Of a stretch of DNA of 64,000 nucleotides, positions 1-12,249 are shown in pieces (positions within the stretch are counted from its first letter, which is position 1; each line of letters opens with the position of its first letter). The stretch lies in contig NW_021835970.1 of NCBI RefSeq assembly GCF_006345805.1, positions 35,905 through 99,904 on the forward strand. Reading direction: 5' to 3'. The notes under the pieces were generated by a model. The model had not been told where the DNA came from. It saw only the letters and a program-made list of their open reading frames with translations, and searched no databases. A program made the translations under genes and the position numbers. Source of the stretch: Octopus sinensis (Eukaryota).

Positions 1-736
1 AAGCGGAAAGCACGCAACGCACCTAATCGCTGCATTGCACGCATTTTCGTACGTGCAATGTGATCATCAAACTTACCGGACGGCTTAAAGAGCACGCCCA
101 AATAAGTCATCCGATCAACTGCAGCGATTGCTGACCCGCTCAGCAATAACCTAGGAACAAAATTAGTGTAACCCCTCGTCCTTTTACAGACTTTAAGGAC
201 ACTGCACTTGTCCGCGCACATTCTCAGACCCCTACTCCCACACCAGTTTGCAAGTCCATCCACAGCAACCTGAAGCCTACGACACGCACACTCCGGTTTC
301 ATTGAGTGATCCCAGAGGATAATGTCGTATGCATAGATTACCATTTCAGTACGAGCATTGACTGGCATAGGCGCAGTGGCCATAAACACTTGAATAGTGT
401 CGGACTGAGCACAGAGCCCTGAGGGACCCCGCGAAGGACTGTTGCGACTTTAGAAAAGACCCCCTGATGCCGCACGACCTGTCTGCGAGATTCAAGAAAC
501 CCGACAGCCAGCGCCTTAGACACGGAGAAAACCCCACACGTGGCAAGGGAACTCCGGAGGCCGTCGTGCCACAACCGAGTCGAAGGCCTTTTCAATGTCG
601 AGACTAACTAAATATACCGCATTCCCTTTTTCTGGAGGGCGCTCTTCATACTAGACGACACCTTGTGAAGGCAGTCCCCGCATGAGCGGCCCTCCCTGAA
701 GCCCCATTGGAACTCAGGGAGGGGAACTCAGGGAGG
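1..736 (-). mobile_element. LINE-A non-LTR retrotransposon, RT fragment (inverted 5' segment)
   Basis: Minus-strand RT motifs FQWGFREGRSCGD, LDIEKAFDSV, GVPQGSVLSP; 1-546 is a direct copy of ~3666-4216. Confidence 0.9.
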
Positions 737-761
737 TGCCTCCCTTAACTAATAAATTTTT
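737..761 (+). mobile_element. LINE-A 3' terminus, 9 host nt upstream of the H2A ATG
   Basis: TGCCTCCCTTAACTAATAAATTTT is the reverse complement of the LINE-A 3' end at ~3301-3325 and contains AATAAA. Confidence 0.85.
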
Positions 762-779
762 CCTCCAGGACAGAGTATA

Positions 780-1139
780 ATGTCTTCAAGAGGAAAAGGA
801 GGAAAAGTACGGTCAAAGGCTAAAAGCAAATCCGTTCGGGCCGGGTTACAGTTTCCAGTTGGACGCATTCACCGGTGTCTCCGTCATGAAACCCGAATGC
901 GAGTAGGAATTCCTGCCGCAGTATATATGTGCGCAGTATTGGAATATGCTGTGGCTGAAATGCTTGAACTTGCTGGAAATACAGCAGTAAAATGTGGAAA
1001 AAGAAGAATTAAACCACGTCACATTGTCGTTGCAATTGGAAATGACGACGAATTAAAAGAATTAACTCAGAAAGCTATTATTTCATCTGGTGGATTTATG
1101 ATTCGCAAAACTGCAGAAACTCCTAAACCAACTTCTTAA
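780..1139 (+). CDS. H2A: Histone H2A (divergent)
   Basis: [33 protein letters not shown]; divergent C-terminal docking domain; native promoter replaced by LINE-A. Confidence 0.97.
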   Translation: MSSRGKGGKVRSKAKSKSVRAGLQFPVGRIHRCLRHETRMRVGIPAAVYMCAVLEYAVAEMLELAGNTAVKCGKRRIKPRHIVVAIGNDDELKELTQKAIISSGGFMIRKTAETPKPTS

Positions 1140-1389
1140 CTTTAAATTAATTATTTGAATAATGCGCTGTTATTTTGTAATATTGTTTTCGAAATACAAT
1201 AGATCAACCAGTTAAGTTTTTTTAACGAATTTCAAAATAATTTCAAACACAATTAACGAATAAACGTTTAGAAGTAATTATAAATAAAATATCGCAATAC
1301 TGTGTTATTCTATCATTGGCAAAATATTTTTTAGTCCAATATAATTTATTTACTTAAGCTAAATTATCCCAAAAAATAGTAAATATATA

Positions 1390-2594
1390 CAGTGAACAAA
1401 AATAAAAATTGAAAAGGCATTTTCTCATGAATTTACTATGAAACAATATTTAAAAAATAACTTCTATCGATTTAAAACATTAAATAAAGTTTTGCTTTAT
1501 TTTTTAGTTTGTCTAAAAAATATTATATTTATACGTTTTTCCATTCATTGATAATTCAGAACCCAAAAAAATGAACAAATTTATTTAATATCCATTATAT
1601 CCTCCATTAGCTCTAATTACATCTAGTGTTCGGCCTGGCATGCTATTAATAAGACTTTTTGCGTATTTCATTTTGAGTTAATTCCAAATGGATGATATTT
1701 TTGCAAATAAATGTTCTTTTTTTCAAAAATTCTCTTCTTTTGATTTTTTCTTTAATAAAGGCCCAAACATTATCTATAGGGTTTAAATCTGGGCTTTGTG
1801 TTGGCCATAGTAGTAATTTGATATTATTTACTTGAAAAAAAGCTCTTTGCTATTGCCGAAGTATGTTTCAGATCATTGTCTTGTTGGAAACTAGGATCTT
1901 TATGTTTGATTTTGTTCAGAAATGAGATCATATTATTCGTTAATATGTTAACATGCAAAGCTCCACCAATCTTCTCTTTTATCAAAACCAAATTAATAAA
2001 TCCAATATTGATTATGGCATGATAGTTCATGATAGTTCCTTTACCGAATTTTACTGTTTTTGTAAGATTGTTTGTTAAATATTTTTCCTTGCGATTTCTC
2101 GATACTAAAGTTCTTACATCACTATTTTACATATTAAATTTACTTTTATCACTTAAAATAACTCGCTCCCAAAATATTTCGAGAGCATATTGCATGTTTG
2201 GCATAGCTTTAATCATTGAAGTTTAGGGTTTTTAGTAAAAAGTGGTCTTTTCGTGGGTGGATATGCATTCAGACCAATTTTTTCGTGGTATTTCTTATTG
2301 TTTGAGCTGTTACTGATTTCCCTTTTTTTGTAAATGTTTTGGTAAATTTAAAACAGTTGAAATTGGCATCCACTTTTCAAGCTTCTTTAATTTAAAATAT
2401 TTTTTGCAGAGAAGTTACAATTTTAAATTTGTTCAGTAATTTAAATTTGTTCAGTTTTTTTTTGGTTTTAAATTTTCGATATCATAAAAAAATACTTTAA
2501 TCTATGTTAAAAATAAATTTGAAACATATTTGCAATATTGTCCATTTGTAAATTTATAAGAAAAAGCATGTCCAGTTTTTATTTTTGTTCACTG
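1390..2594 (-). mobile_element. Tc1-like transposon, degenerate
   Basis: TIRs CAGTGAACAAAAATAAAAA at both ends with TA TSDs (1388-89, 2595-96); remnants SVTAQTIRN, FQQDND.KH, WPTQSPDLNPIDNVW. Confidence 0.93.
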
Positions 2595-2825
2595 TAGCTT
2601 GTTCATGGTTATAGGTTTTTGTTTGTTTTCCTACTATTTATTAATTATCCAACAAATCCGAATTGAACAATTTTTAATTATATTTTTTCTAAAATACACA
2701 ACTAGTATCTTCTTTTTATCTAAACGAGGTGCAACATTACATTTTCTACAAACTTCAACAAAAAATTTAAAAATTGTCTCAGAGTTATACAAACAATAAA
2801 TCATTTTTTTATTTAAAAAAACAAG

Positions 2826-3236
2826 TTATGTTTTTTCACCTCGAATTCTTCTCGATAAATGCATATCGTTTGGCATTATAGTTACTCTTTTTCCGTGAAT
2901 TGCGCACAAATTACTGTCTTCAAAAATTCCAACTAGGTAACTCTCTGCCGCTTCTTGGAGAGCGACAATCGCTGACGATTGAAAACGCAAATCAGTTTTG
3001 ATAAACTGAGCGGTTTCTCTCACGAGTCTCTGGAATGGAAGTTTTCGTAGTAACAAATCAGTGCTCTTTTGATATCGTCTAATTTCTCGCATTGCAACAA
3101 CTCCAGGTCGAAATCGATGAGGTTTCTTTACTCCTCCAAATTGTGAAACAGACTTGCGAGCAGATTTTGCAGACAACTGTTTCCTTGGTACTTTTGCACC
3201 AGTAGATTTTCGAGCCGTTTGTTTTGTTCTAGCCAT
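2826..3236 (-). CDS. H3: Histone H3 (divergent)
   Basis: [13 protein letters not shown]...EIRRYQKST...FQSS...RIRGE; 136 aa intact; same protein as 38792-39202. Confidence 0.98.
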   Translation of the reverse strand: MARTKQTARKSTGAKVPRKQLSAKSARKSVSQFGGVKKPHRFRPGVVAMREIRRYQKSTDLLLRKLPFQRLVRETAQFIKTDLRFQSSAIVALQEAAESYLVGIFEDSNLCAIHGKRVTIMPNDMHLSRRIRGEKT

Positions 3237-3292
3237 ATTTTATTATTTCAGAAAACAATGACAATGCCAGTATAGTAAAAAAAGACATCATT

Positions 3293-4216
3293 TGGGGGGG
3301 AAAAATTTATTAGTTAAGGGAGGCAGTTAAAAACTAACTAAGTAGACCTTCGGCATCGCTGCCTTTTCAGTCTCCATCACACACACGCCTCCCTACACAC
3401 AACCACAAGTTAAGACTTACCGCCTTACTGCCATCCAGAAATAATCTTCTCTAGGACCTCAGAGAGGCCTTTGAGGGATGATTCTGGGCGTCGGAGAGCT
3501 CAGTCCGGAATCCTAAGCCATAGGCTAGCCTTATGGCTCGTCTTCTTACTTTTAAGCACGTCAACATGCTTATCCCTGTCCTCATAGAGGTACCAAGCGT
3601 GGACGCCATAGGTCAAGACGGGTAACACCATGGCGTTAAACACGCGGAACCAGGCACCTCTGCTCAAGCGGAAAGCACGCAACGCACCTAATCGCTGCAT
3701 TGCACGCATTTTCGTACGTGCAATGTGATCATCAAACTTACCGGACGGCTAAAGAGCACGCCCAAATAAGTCATCCGATCAACTGCAGCGATTGCTGACC
3801 CGCTCAGCAATAACCTAGGAACAAAATTAGTGTAACCCCTCGTCCTTTTACAGACTTTAAGGACACTGCACTTGTCCGCGCACATTCTCAGACCCCTACT
3901 CCCACACCAGTTTGCAAGTCCATCCACAGCAACCTGAAGCCTACGACACGCACACTCCGGTTTCATTGAGTGATCCCAGAGGATAATGTCGTCTGCATAG
4001 ATTACCATTTCAGTACGAGCATTGACTGGCATAGGCGCAGTGGCCATAAACACATTGAATAGTGTCGGACTGAGCACAGAGCCCTGAGGGACCCCGCGAA
4101 GGACTGTTGCGACTTTAGAAAAGACCCCCTGATGCCGCACGACCTGTCTGCGAGATTCAAGAAACCCCGACAGCCAGCGCCTTAGACACGGAGAAACCCC
4201 ACACGTGGCAAGGGAA
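3293..4216 (-). mobile_element. LINE-A 3' portion (RT domains to tail), 56 nt upstream of H3
   Basis: GVPQG...YADD...YLGV ORF; 3' end AATAAATTTTCCCCCCC joined to the H3 promoter at TTCGG^AATGATG. Confidence 0.92.
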
Positions 4217-4500
4217 CATCACAAATAACCAAGTGAATGTCACATATATGAAGGCTCTGAATGCTGGATAATTGGAATATGAGACTTCAGATGTCAACGA
4301 ACTTGGTTATTTTATTAAATATAAAAAATGTCGGAATATTTGGACATGGATATTTTCTTGTTAATAGAAATGATAAAGAGGGAACAAACTACATAATGCA
4401 TAGATTTATTGGAAAATATGAATATCCGATGGAATTTGTGGAAATAGTTTGCAACAAATATTTGTTGCCTTTTAAGTAAATTACTTTTTGATGTAAAAAT
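4217..4500 (+). pseudogene. 3' fragment of the hypothetical gene at 14456
   Basis: 4217-4365 matches ~14885-15036 and continues to ...YLLPFK*. Confidence 0.55.
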
Positions 4501-4574
4501 AAATTTATCTGAAAAATTATCTTTTATAAATACAGATAAGCTGTTTTTAATCCAAATATTTTTTTTGACTTTAA

Positions 4575-4813
4575 ATCAGTTTGAGCGGAAACCAGATTCG
4601 GAGATAAACGAGTATCTTTCGGAGAGAAAGCGGCGCAGCCAGAGGTAGAGTTCCGCTGTAGGCACACAGAGTTGGATCCTTTCCAGTAGGTCTCTGTGCC
4701 AGACGGTGTCGAAAGCTTTTGAAATGTCCAGACATACAAGAGATAGAGTTTCTTTAAATTCCATTGCTCTCGAAATTATGGACTGTACCGTTATGAAACA
4801 GTCACTGCCTTAT
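4575..4813 (-). mobile_element. LINE-B RT fragment (duplicate of 15605-15840)
   Basis: LDISKAFDTVWH; same junction to the histone-type promoter as at 15840. Confidence 0.88.
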
Positions 4814-5749
4814 TAAACAACCTTATTCCGAATTTTTTTGAGTAATGCAAAAAGTATCATTCCGAAATTTTTTGGTTAATTCACTCATCATTTTTAAAAT
4901 AAGTAATTAAATATTTAAAAAAAAATATTTTATTAGCACCATCAAATAATTGTAACTATTTCTTAAATTGATGAATTTTACGAGATTACAGATTAAATTA
5001 CTAGTGTACTAATTAAAGAACTTTTGTTTATAAATCCCATTCCGTGGAGCGAGAGGAATTATATGCGATATATTGAAAGTAATAATATGTTTGGTCTATA
5101 GTTATAGGACACACTCATAATTGGCGACGACCTTTGCCAGTTTTTCGCTTGCTTAGAATTTAACATTAATTATTTTGACTGTTTCGACACATATTTGTGT
5201 CCAGAACTTGTTGAAATGATGCAAAAATCTGGCAGCGAAAAGAAGTCATTGAAAGAAACGCCCAGAATCATTTGGACTTCGAAAATTATGACTCGTGGTC
5301 AGGAATAAGAGCTGCGCGTGATCTTTACTAATTAGTCGATTCTATAAAAAACAATAGCTTAGATTGGTAAATTTTTAAATTTGTCCGAATTTTATTTTTT
5401 TAACCTCGTGTGCTCTGCAGGTAAATCGTTCGATACACCCAAGGCCTGTGACATTATAATTTATAAAAATAAAATAATTAAATTCGTGTTCAGTTTAAAA
5501 AAATCTAGAAAAAATTATAAACATAATGATTAAAATTTGGTAGAAATTGATCATTTAGATTTTAGGGCGCTAAAATACAAGATCGCCAATCCGGGAACAA
5601 ATAAATAAAAGTTAGCCATAAGAATATAAAGAATAGAACTTTCTAAAAATTCAAGTAATAAAGATAAATGAGAAGATGAAATAAGCGAAATAAACAAATT
5701 GAAAGAATAAACTCGCAAATATAACAAAATGATGAAATTCAGATAATTT

Positions 5750-8700
5750 TTTTTCACGTGCGCGTGTTGTTGTTGTGGGTACTTTCTGTATTCATTTGTT
5801 CATTCGTTATTTGCTATTCAATTATACTATTAATTATTAATTCATTGTGTTAATCATTGTTTCATTCTACTTTCTATTGTTCCATTCTATTGTCCTAATC
5901 CTTTGTCATTGTTTCAATCTACTTTTTTTTCCTCATGCCTCTCTGTTTCTCTAAAAAGTCGCTTTGTTGCACTTCGTGCATGCTTAACAACCCCAGGAAG
6001 AACGGCTGTCATTGCTCCTCCTGTGACCGTTTTTTCCATCTATCCTGTGCCGGAATACCTAAATCGGCCGCCGCTTCTCTGTCGAAGTGGAGTTGCCACC
6101 CTTGTCTTACCCAATTAAACTTGAGCCCGCAGCCGGTATTCTCATCCAAAGATTCACACTCTCAGCCCATCATTTCTTCCCCCTCGGTAAAAGACTTCCT
6201 CTTGGCGGTCGCAAAAGCCAAGAGAAGCCGCTCGATCCCTATCAAAATCCCGAAGGCCGCACGTATCCTTGCCGCAGACTCTTTATCAATAGTCATCGAC
6301 AAAGCCATTACTTCCAATGACCCAGCCTCCTGGAATCATCTTTTCTGCTTTGGCGTCATGGCTCTCGGCCTCCGCAGAGAGGATTCCCCACCAAAATCGA
6401 TTTCCAACCGTTCTAAGCATAACATCTCAGCCTACCTGAATCGCCCTGATGATGACTTTTCTGCCTGGCTGGGCGAAACAAAGCCCCAGCCAACGCATAA
6501 AGTCAAAAAATCCGGTCAAAGTAGCAACGCAGACTCAGAATCCCAAGACATTTTGCGCCTGCGGAACAGGATCAACACTAAACTGATGGAGGGAAATGTT
6601 GCCAGCGCTGTCCGTGTTTTATCATCTGATGACAGAGTTCTTTCCATTACACCAAGTGTCCTCGCTGAGCTTAATGCAAAACATCCGAGTCCCCCCGCGG
6701 ACCTTCGCTCTACTACTCTAAACTCCGATTACCCCGCAACCTATGCCCCCAAAGAAGATGTTCTAGATGCTATTAATTCCCTCGCAACCGGCAGCTGCGG
6801 GGGCATCGACGGACTACGCCCAGGGCATGTGAAAGATCTACTCTCAAGCCACACCTGCGAGGCCGGCGCTCGCCTCCTCGTCTCCATAACTGCTCTGACA
6901 AACATGATCATCCAGGCACAAATCCCCGAGTACGCTCGGGACCTCCTATTTTCTGCAAACATCACCGCATTGAGGAAGAAGGAAGGCGGGATCCGCCCTA
7001 TTGCTGTTGGTACATTTTTTCGCCGTCTAGCTTCCAAAGTAGCCTGTAGACAAGTTACCAAGTTTTTGGGCCAGGAACTACGCCCGTTTCAGTTGGGCGT
7101 CGGTGTCCGCGGCGGCTGTGAAGCTGCTGTCCATGCCGCAAGAAAGTTTATTTCCGCCTCGTCCGAAAGGCCGGATAACGCCTCTGTACTCGTGAAGCTA
7201 GACTTGACAAATGCCTTCAACAGTCTTCGTCGGGACTGTATTCTCGAAACTTGCTACCGCCGTGCTCCCTCAATTGCCCGCTTGGTATCTATGGCTTACT
7301 CCAAGCCAAGCCTTCTTATTGCCGATGACCAAATCCTACATTCCAGCAACGGTGTTCAACAGGGCGACCCACTTGGCCCGTTGCTTTTTGCCCTGACGAT
7401 CGATCCTGTTGTTCGGAACATCTCATCTCGTTTCAATGTATGGTACCTGGACGACGCTACTATCGGAGGTCCGGTAGCTTCTGTCCTTAAAGATTTGGAA
7501 AATCTGATCCCCTCCCTTAATTCTCTTGGCCTATCCATCAATCCGCTCAAATCCGAAATTGCCAATATTGGCTTTACCCCAGAAGATTTTACCTCTGTAT
7601 TTAATACGTTCTCGAATGTCCTTCCAAATATCCGCAGGACCTTGATTGAAAATTTGAAAATCTTAGGGTCCCCTATATCTAATCTGGGTGTTGAATCATC
7701 CCTATATGCTAAAACATCCTCGCTGTTGGCAATTTCTAACAAACTAGCAAAAATCGATTCCATTCCGGCCTGTTTTTCCTACGCAATTGTTTTGCAATTC
7801 CAAAGCTTCTATTATCCTCAGAAGTGCCCCATGTTTCTTTAACCTGAGGGCTCTCGAATCATTGATTTTTCGCTTAAATCCAGCTTGGAGTCCATTTGCA
7901 ATATTACCCTCGATGAGATCGGTTGGCAACAGGCCATCCTTCCTATAAGCCATGGCGGTATTGGTATCCGATCATCTGTCGACCTTTCTATCCCGGCGTA
8001 CTTATCTTCAGTTAATGCGACAAATGATCTGGTCCAGGAGATTCTCCAATCCGTAACCGAATCATCTATGGACACAGAGTCGGTCGCCGCAGAAAGTTGC
8101 TGGAAAGGGATGTCTCTGGAAATCCCGGAGAATACGCACGCCCAAGGCCAATGGGACCGGATCCTTTGCGACCACAAGATAAACAGCCTCAAGCCGAAAC
8201 TCAATCAACATCGCTTGGCGTGCTTATTGGCCGCCTCGCAACCATACTCCGGTGCATGGCTTACAGCAATCCCTATGGCGTCAATCGGCACCTTAATGGA
8301 CAACGACTGTGTAAGGATTTCCGTCTCTCTCCGCCTCGGACTTCCCATTTGCAAAACACACCAGTGCCGCTGCGGTTTAAGAGTGGACCCTTATGGCCAT
8401 CATCCCCTCTCCTGCTCACGTAGTGCCGGACGTTTCCCACGACACGCCGCCATCAACGACACCGTGAGCCGTGCCCTAACGACGGCGGGGTTTCCTAATG
8501 AGCTCGAACCAGTCGGGCTCGACAGAGGCGACGGTAAGCGCCCGGATGGCATGACAATCTTCCCGTTTGAAAAGGGGAAATGCCTTATCTGGGACGCCAC
8601 CTGCTCCGACACTTTCTCCGCCAAGAATCTAATTGCCTCCGCTGCGGAACCGGGCTCAGTTGCAAAGCAGGCGGAACTAACAAAACAGAAGAAGAAGTAC

Positions 8701-8937
8701 CGGGTCCTGGCCATGAATCACCTATTCGCTGCAGTCGCGGTGGAAACCTCTGGAGTCATCGGTCCGCAGACGCTATCGTTTCTCCGTCGCCTTGGATCTA
8801 AGCTCGTGGTTGCCACGAAAGATCCCAACGAGTCGATCAGACTCTTTCAAAGGATCTCATTGGCCATCATGCGCGGGAATTGCCAGTCGATTCGCTGCGC
8901 ATTTTACTCTTTCGTTCATTAACAATAAGATTGCACA

Positions 8938-8971
<34 letters not shown>
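5750..8971 (+). mobile_element. CRE-like RT-RLE retrotransposon CRE-1, apparently full length
   Basis: 33-nt poly(A) at 8939-8971; TSD AATTT (5745-49 / ~8970-74); empty site CAGATAATTTATTAATT at ~16795-16810. Confidence 0.93.
5935..8922 (+). CDS. CRE-1 polyprotein PHD-RT-CCHC-RLE, ~995 aa, frameshifted near 7780-7840
   Basis: C4HC3 PHD (CTSC..CSSC..H..C..WSCHPC), GIRPIAVG, QQGDPLGP, YLDD, CRCG..HPLSC, KRPDG..WDAT..AVETSG. Confidence 0.93.
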
Positions 8972-8974
<3 letters not shown>

Positions 8975-9266
8975 ATTAATTAAAAGAAACTACATCGCAA
9001 AATATTCCTTCTAATCCAAATAAATAAAAAAATAAAGATTGACCAAATAATGGCAAATTGTGAAACAGAATTGCGAGCAGATTGTTTCCTTGGAAATTTT
9101 GCTCCAGTAGATTTTCGAGCAGTTTGTTTAGTTATTTTTGTTTTATATTATTCCGAATTTTTAACAACCTTATTCCGAATTTTTTTGAGTAATGCAAAAA
9201 AGTATCATTCCGAAAATTTTTTGGTTAATTCACTCATCATTTTTAAAAATAAGTAATTAAATATTA

Positions 9267-9370
9267 CCGCTTTGTCTGTCTATGAGCAGGGACACCTGCT
9301 ATTCTCCACGATCGATGAATAGGTCAGTTACTTAGAGCGTTTCCGAAAATTCGGATAGAAGCCTCGATGG
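9267..9370 (-). mobile_element. LINE-B near-3' fragment
   Basis: Matches 17100-17205 and 44183-44289; same TCTGCGGTT junction as at 17206. Confidence 0.85.
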
Positions 9371-9379
9371 TCTGCGGTT

Positions 9380-9855
9380 AAATTTAAGAAATAGTTACAA
9401 TTATTTGATGTTGCTAATAAAATATTATTTAAAAATATTTAATTTTTTATTTTAAAATTTTCGGAATGATACTTTTTTGCATTACTCGAAAAATTCGGAA
9501 TAACGTTGTTTAAAAATTCGGAATAATATAAAACAAAAATAACTAAACAAACTGCTCGAAAATCTACTGGAGCAAAATTTCCAAGAAAACAATCTGCTCG
9601 CAATTCTGTTTCACAATTTGCCATTATTTGGTCAATCTTTATTTTTTTATTTATTTGGATTAGAAGGAATATTTTGCGATGTAGTTTCTTTTAATTAATA
9701 AATTATCTGAAATTTCATCATTTTGTTATATTTGCGATTTTATTCTTTCTATTTGTTTATTTCGCTTATTTCAAATCTTTTCATTTATCTTTATTCATTG
9801 AATTTTACCTTGTTTTTGATAGAAAGTTCTATTCTTTATATTCTTATGGCTAACT
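9380..9855 (+). repeat. Repeat R copy (promoter + ATG-less psiH3), fold-back to 8972-9260
   Basis: TTCGGAATGATACTTTTTTGCAT motif followed by ACTAAACAAACTGCTCGAAAATCTACTGGAGC. Confidence 0.85.
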
Positions 9856-10365
9856 ATTCTTATGGCTAGTTTTAGAGCGTATCTCCGTTTTTTTTCGCAT
9901 TTTCGCAGAATTTTCTCATATTGTTTCGAGTAGAACCAAGCTTCCATACCATACAGTAGGCTGGGCAAGTTTGTTGCATGGTATACAAATAGGAAGGTAT
10001 TTGGATTCAAGTGCATGCTTCTTAAGAGTCGGAGAGCGGCTATGGCTTTCCCTTTTCTCCGTTTGAAATGCAAATGGTATCTCGAGTTTGCGTCGATTGT
10101 GAGCCCCAGGTAAGTCTAAGCTCAAAGAAAACCACTCGTACGAACTTCCGGGCTACCGGTCAGTGGATCTAAAATGGGGAAGCTGCTCTACGCCAGGGAC
10201 TGGCTCGAGCATCTCTGTACGCCGAAAATCTCCAAATCCGTAACCTCACCATCATCAAGAGCACGGTGTGCGAATTCCTCTCTTTTGAGGTGAAAACTGA
10301 TTCCTTCTGGATAAAGGTCGGTGGAATATATTGCAAATATCTCCCCTGGCGATTTCATTGACAAT
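9856..10365 (-). mobile_element. LINE-B derivative: RT C-terminus (minus) joined to an inverted endonuclease segment (plus, ~10113-10365)
   Basis: 9856-10112 matches 44360-44606; 10113-10365 is the reverse complement of ~46450-46710. Confidence 0.85.
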
Positions 10366-10837
10366 TTCAACTAAATTTTCAATTTTTTTACATGTTCGTC
10401 GTGTAAAACCAGTTTTGTTTTCTACGTCGACGACGCGTAAATCTGTGCATTATCCTTCAGATCCTCAACTTTTGATATTTGAGAGTTTAATAAAGTTTTA
10501 AAGTACTTGAAATTTTTCTTCTTGATTTTCATGTTAATTTTGATTTGATAAACTTAGATAATTATCAATCTTTTGAGCCATAATTTTAATAAACATAAAA
10601 CCAGGGCATTATCGCGGACCATGACAATAGAGAGTCTCTCAATAAAATGCAAATATTCCCAATGGTCTCTAATAATATCTGCATGCAGCCTCCAGTCTTT
10701 TTATTTAGATTTTGTTCAAAAGTTCCCTGGCACAAGTTTTTCTATTGCGACCAATATACTCCATTTTAGTGTTTTCAGCAAATTTATAAATGTTTCGGGT
10801 TCCAAAAAAGATGATTTCAAATTTGCGGTCAAATTAT

Positions 10838-11995
10838 TGTCACCGGTTTTAGAGCGGACCCGGTTTTTGGAAGGACCACACAAAAAATTGTATAAATCGT
10901 TTTATTTTATCCTGAAAATAGTTATACAATAAATTAGACCATGTTTAAATAATTTCTTAAGCTGTTTCTGATTTTATCATTGCTCACAAAACCAACATAC
11001 CCTTAAAAAGTGCTTTTTAAATTTTAAATAAGTAATTTTATTTAATTTTTGTGTAAAATATTAAAAAAACATTATATTTTTATTTAATGATTTTAAACCT
11101 AAATATTTTAAAAATTAAATCTTAAAATTACCGTCAATAAAAAACTATTCTAACCCACAAGGTTTAATATAAAAATTCAACTAGTCCCCTATGCGGCCTA
11201 CGGCCGAGGTATCTCTTCACTTAGAGAATTTTAAAATTTAGTTAAACTTTTTTATTTTAGAAATATTAATATTCTTATGGACATTTCCATTTTCATCTTC
11301 TAAAGAATAGTTGTAATGAATTTGAATCGTTTAATTCCGAATATCTCCTTAAGTCAATGAGATCGGCTATGTATCTATCACGCGGGCCTCTCGCAATGAT
11401 TGGCCTAATAGGAGGTTTTGTTGCCATTAATCTCATTGACTAATCGCCTTATTTTAATTATTATACCTGACAAAAAACACAGTTTTTAATAACATTTTTA
11501 ATCTCATTTCGAGTAACACCGTAAATTTTTTCTGACAGCTGACTAATCATTCTATCTTTGCCAAAATGATTAGAATTATGCGCCTTCTAAACATAAGAAG
11601 ATTTATAGATAACCTCAATCATTGTTGGCTTTAGTTCTTTCTCTTCTATACAAAAAAATCTGAGTAAGCAATTGTTTTTTCGAATAAATGCCTTTCCGTC
11701 AGAGAATTCAAATTTTTTTGCGTGAATTCTAAATCTATACTTTTTTCTTTTTTCAATCACTTCATCTAGATCCCTCAACTCATTGATTTTTTTAATTTTT
11801 GAAGATTTGCTTTTGAAAGTACAACGAAACCCATTTTTTATGTTGAATTTAATTAATTAATTATTACAATAATATAATAAAAAATAAAACCAATTTTTAT
11901 CTTCTAATGAAAATAAATTATTTTATCCATTTTTTATTTTAATATACGCACCTGGTCCTTCCAAAAAAACCGGGTCCGCTCAGAAACCGGTCACA
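10838..11995 (-). mobile_element. Ginger2-like DNA transposon with integrase remnant
   Basis: ~41-bp TIRs TGT(C/G)ACCGGTTT..GAGCGGACCCGGTTTTT..GGAAGGACCA; 5-bp TSD ATTAT; HHCC (HNSNH..CVFC) plus RYIADLIDL after removing a 27-nt intron at 11440-11466. Confidence 0.88.
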
Positions 11996-12249
11996 ATTAT
12001 TATTAACAGAACAGACGTTGATGATAAATAAACTGGGTAAATTGTCCAGGTTTCGAATGAAAATAGGTTTCGAATGAAAATAGATCTCTGTCGAATGATT
12101 GAGACTTGGACAAGTAAATTTTCTTCTTTTTTGGTCATCTAGAAAAGTAAGTATTCTTTTAGAATTTTTCAGAATTTTGAAATAAACAATAAATCACGCT
12201 GTGTGTACTTCTTTTGAAATAAATGGCAGGCGTTTTCGATTTTCCACAA

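Larger units (their letters stand above)
4814..9266 (-). repeat. Repeat R copy (histone promoter / gene Y / psiH3), interrupted by CRE-1 at 5750-8971
   Basis: 4814-5749 + 8972-9266 match 15841-16960 and 15850-15945. Confidence 0.85.

Noticed and set aside
2826-3236. Viral histones or a histone doublet
   Set aside because: Single-domain genes in a eukaryotic TE and intron context; no viral hallmark genes.
5720-5760. SL-RNA, snRNA or C/D snoRNA as the CRE-1 target (ATGATGA box-C-like, CTGA on the other strand)
   Set aside because: The boxes are on opposite strands; there is no recognisable SL exon, Sm-site context or U-snRNA sequence.
6087-8714. Many overlapping ORFs in GC-rich TE bodies (e.g. 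6087, 6741, 7356, 8400, 59560, 62274)
   Set aside because: Shadow frames of RT/RLE coding sequence.
9050-9256. Repeated 'MANCETELRAD..' ORFs (also 9439-9624 and 17319-17507)
   Set aside because: Antisense readings of the psiH3 and promoter repeat.
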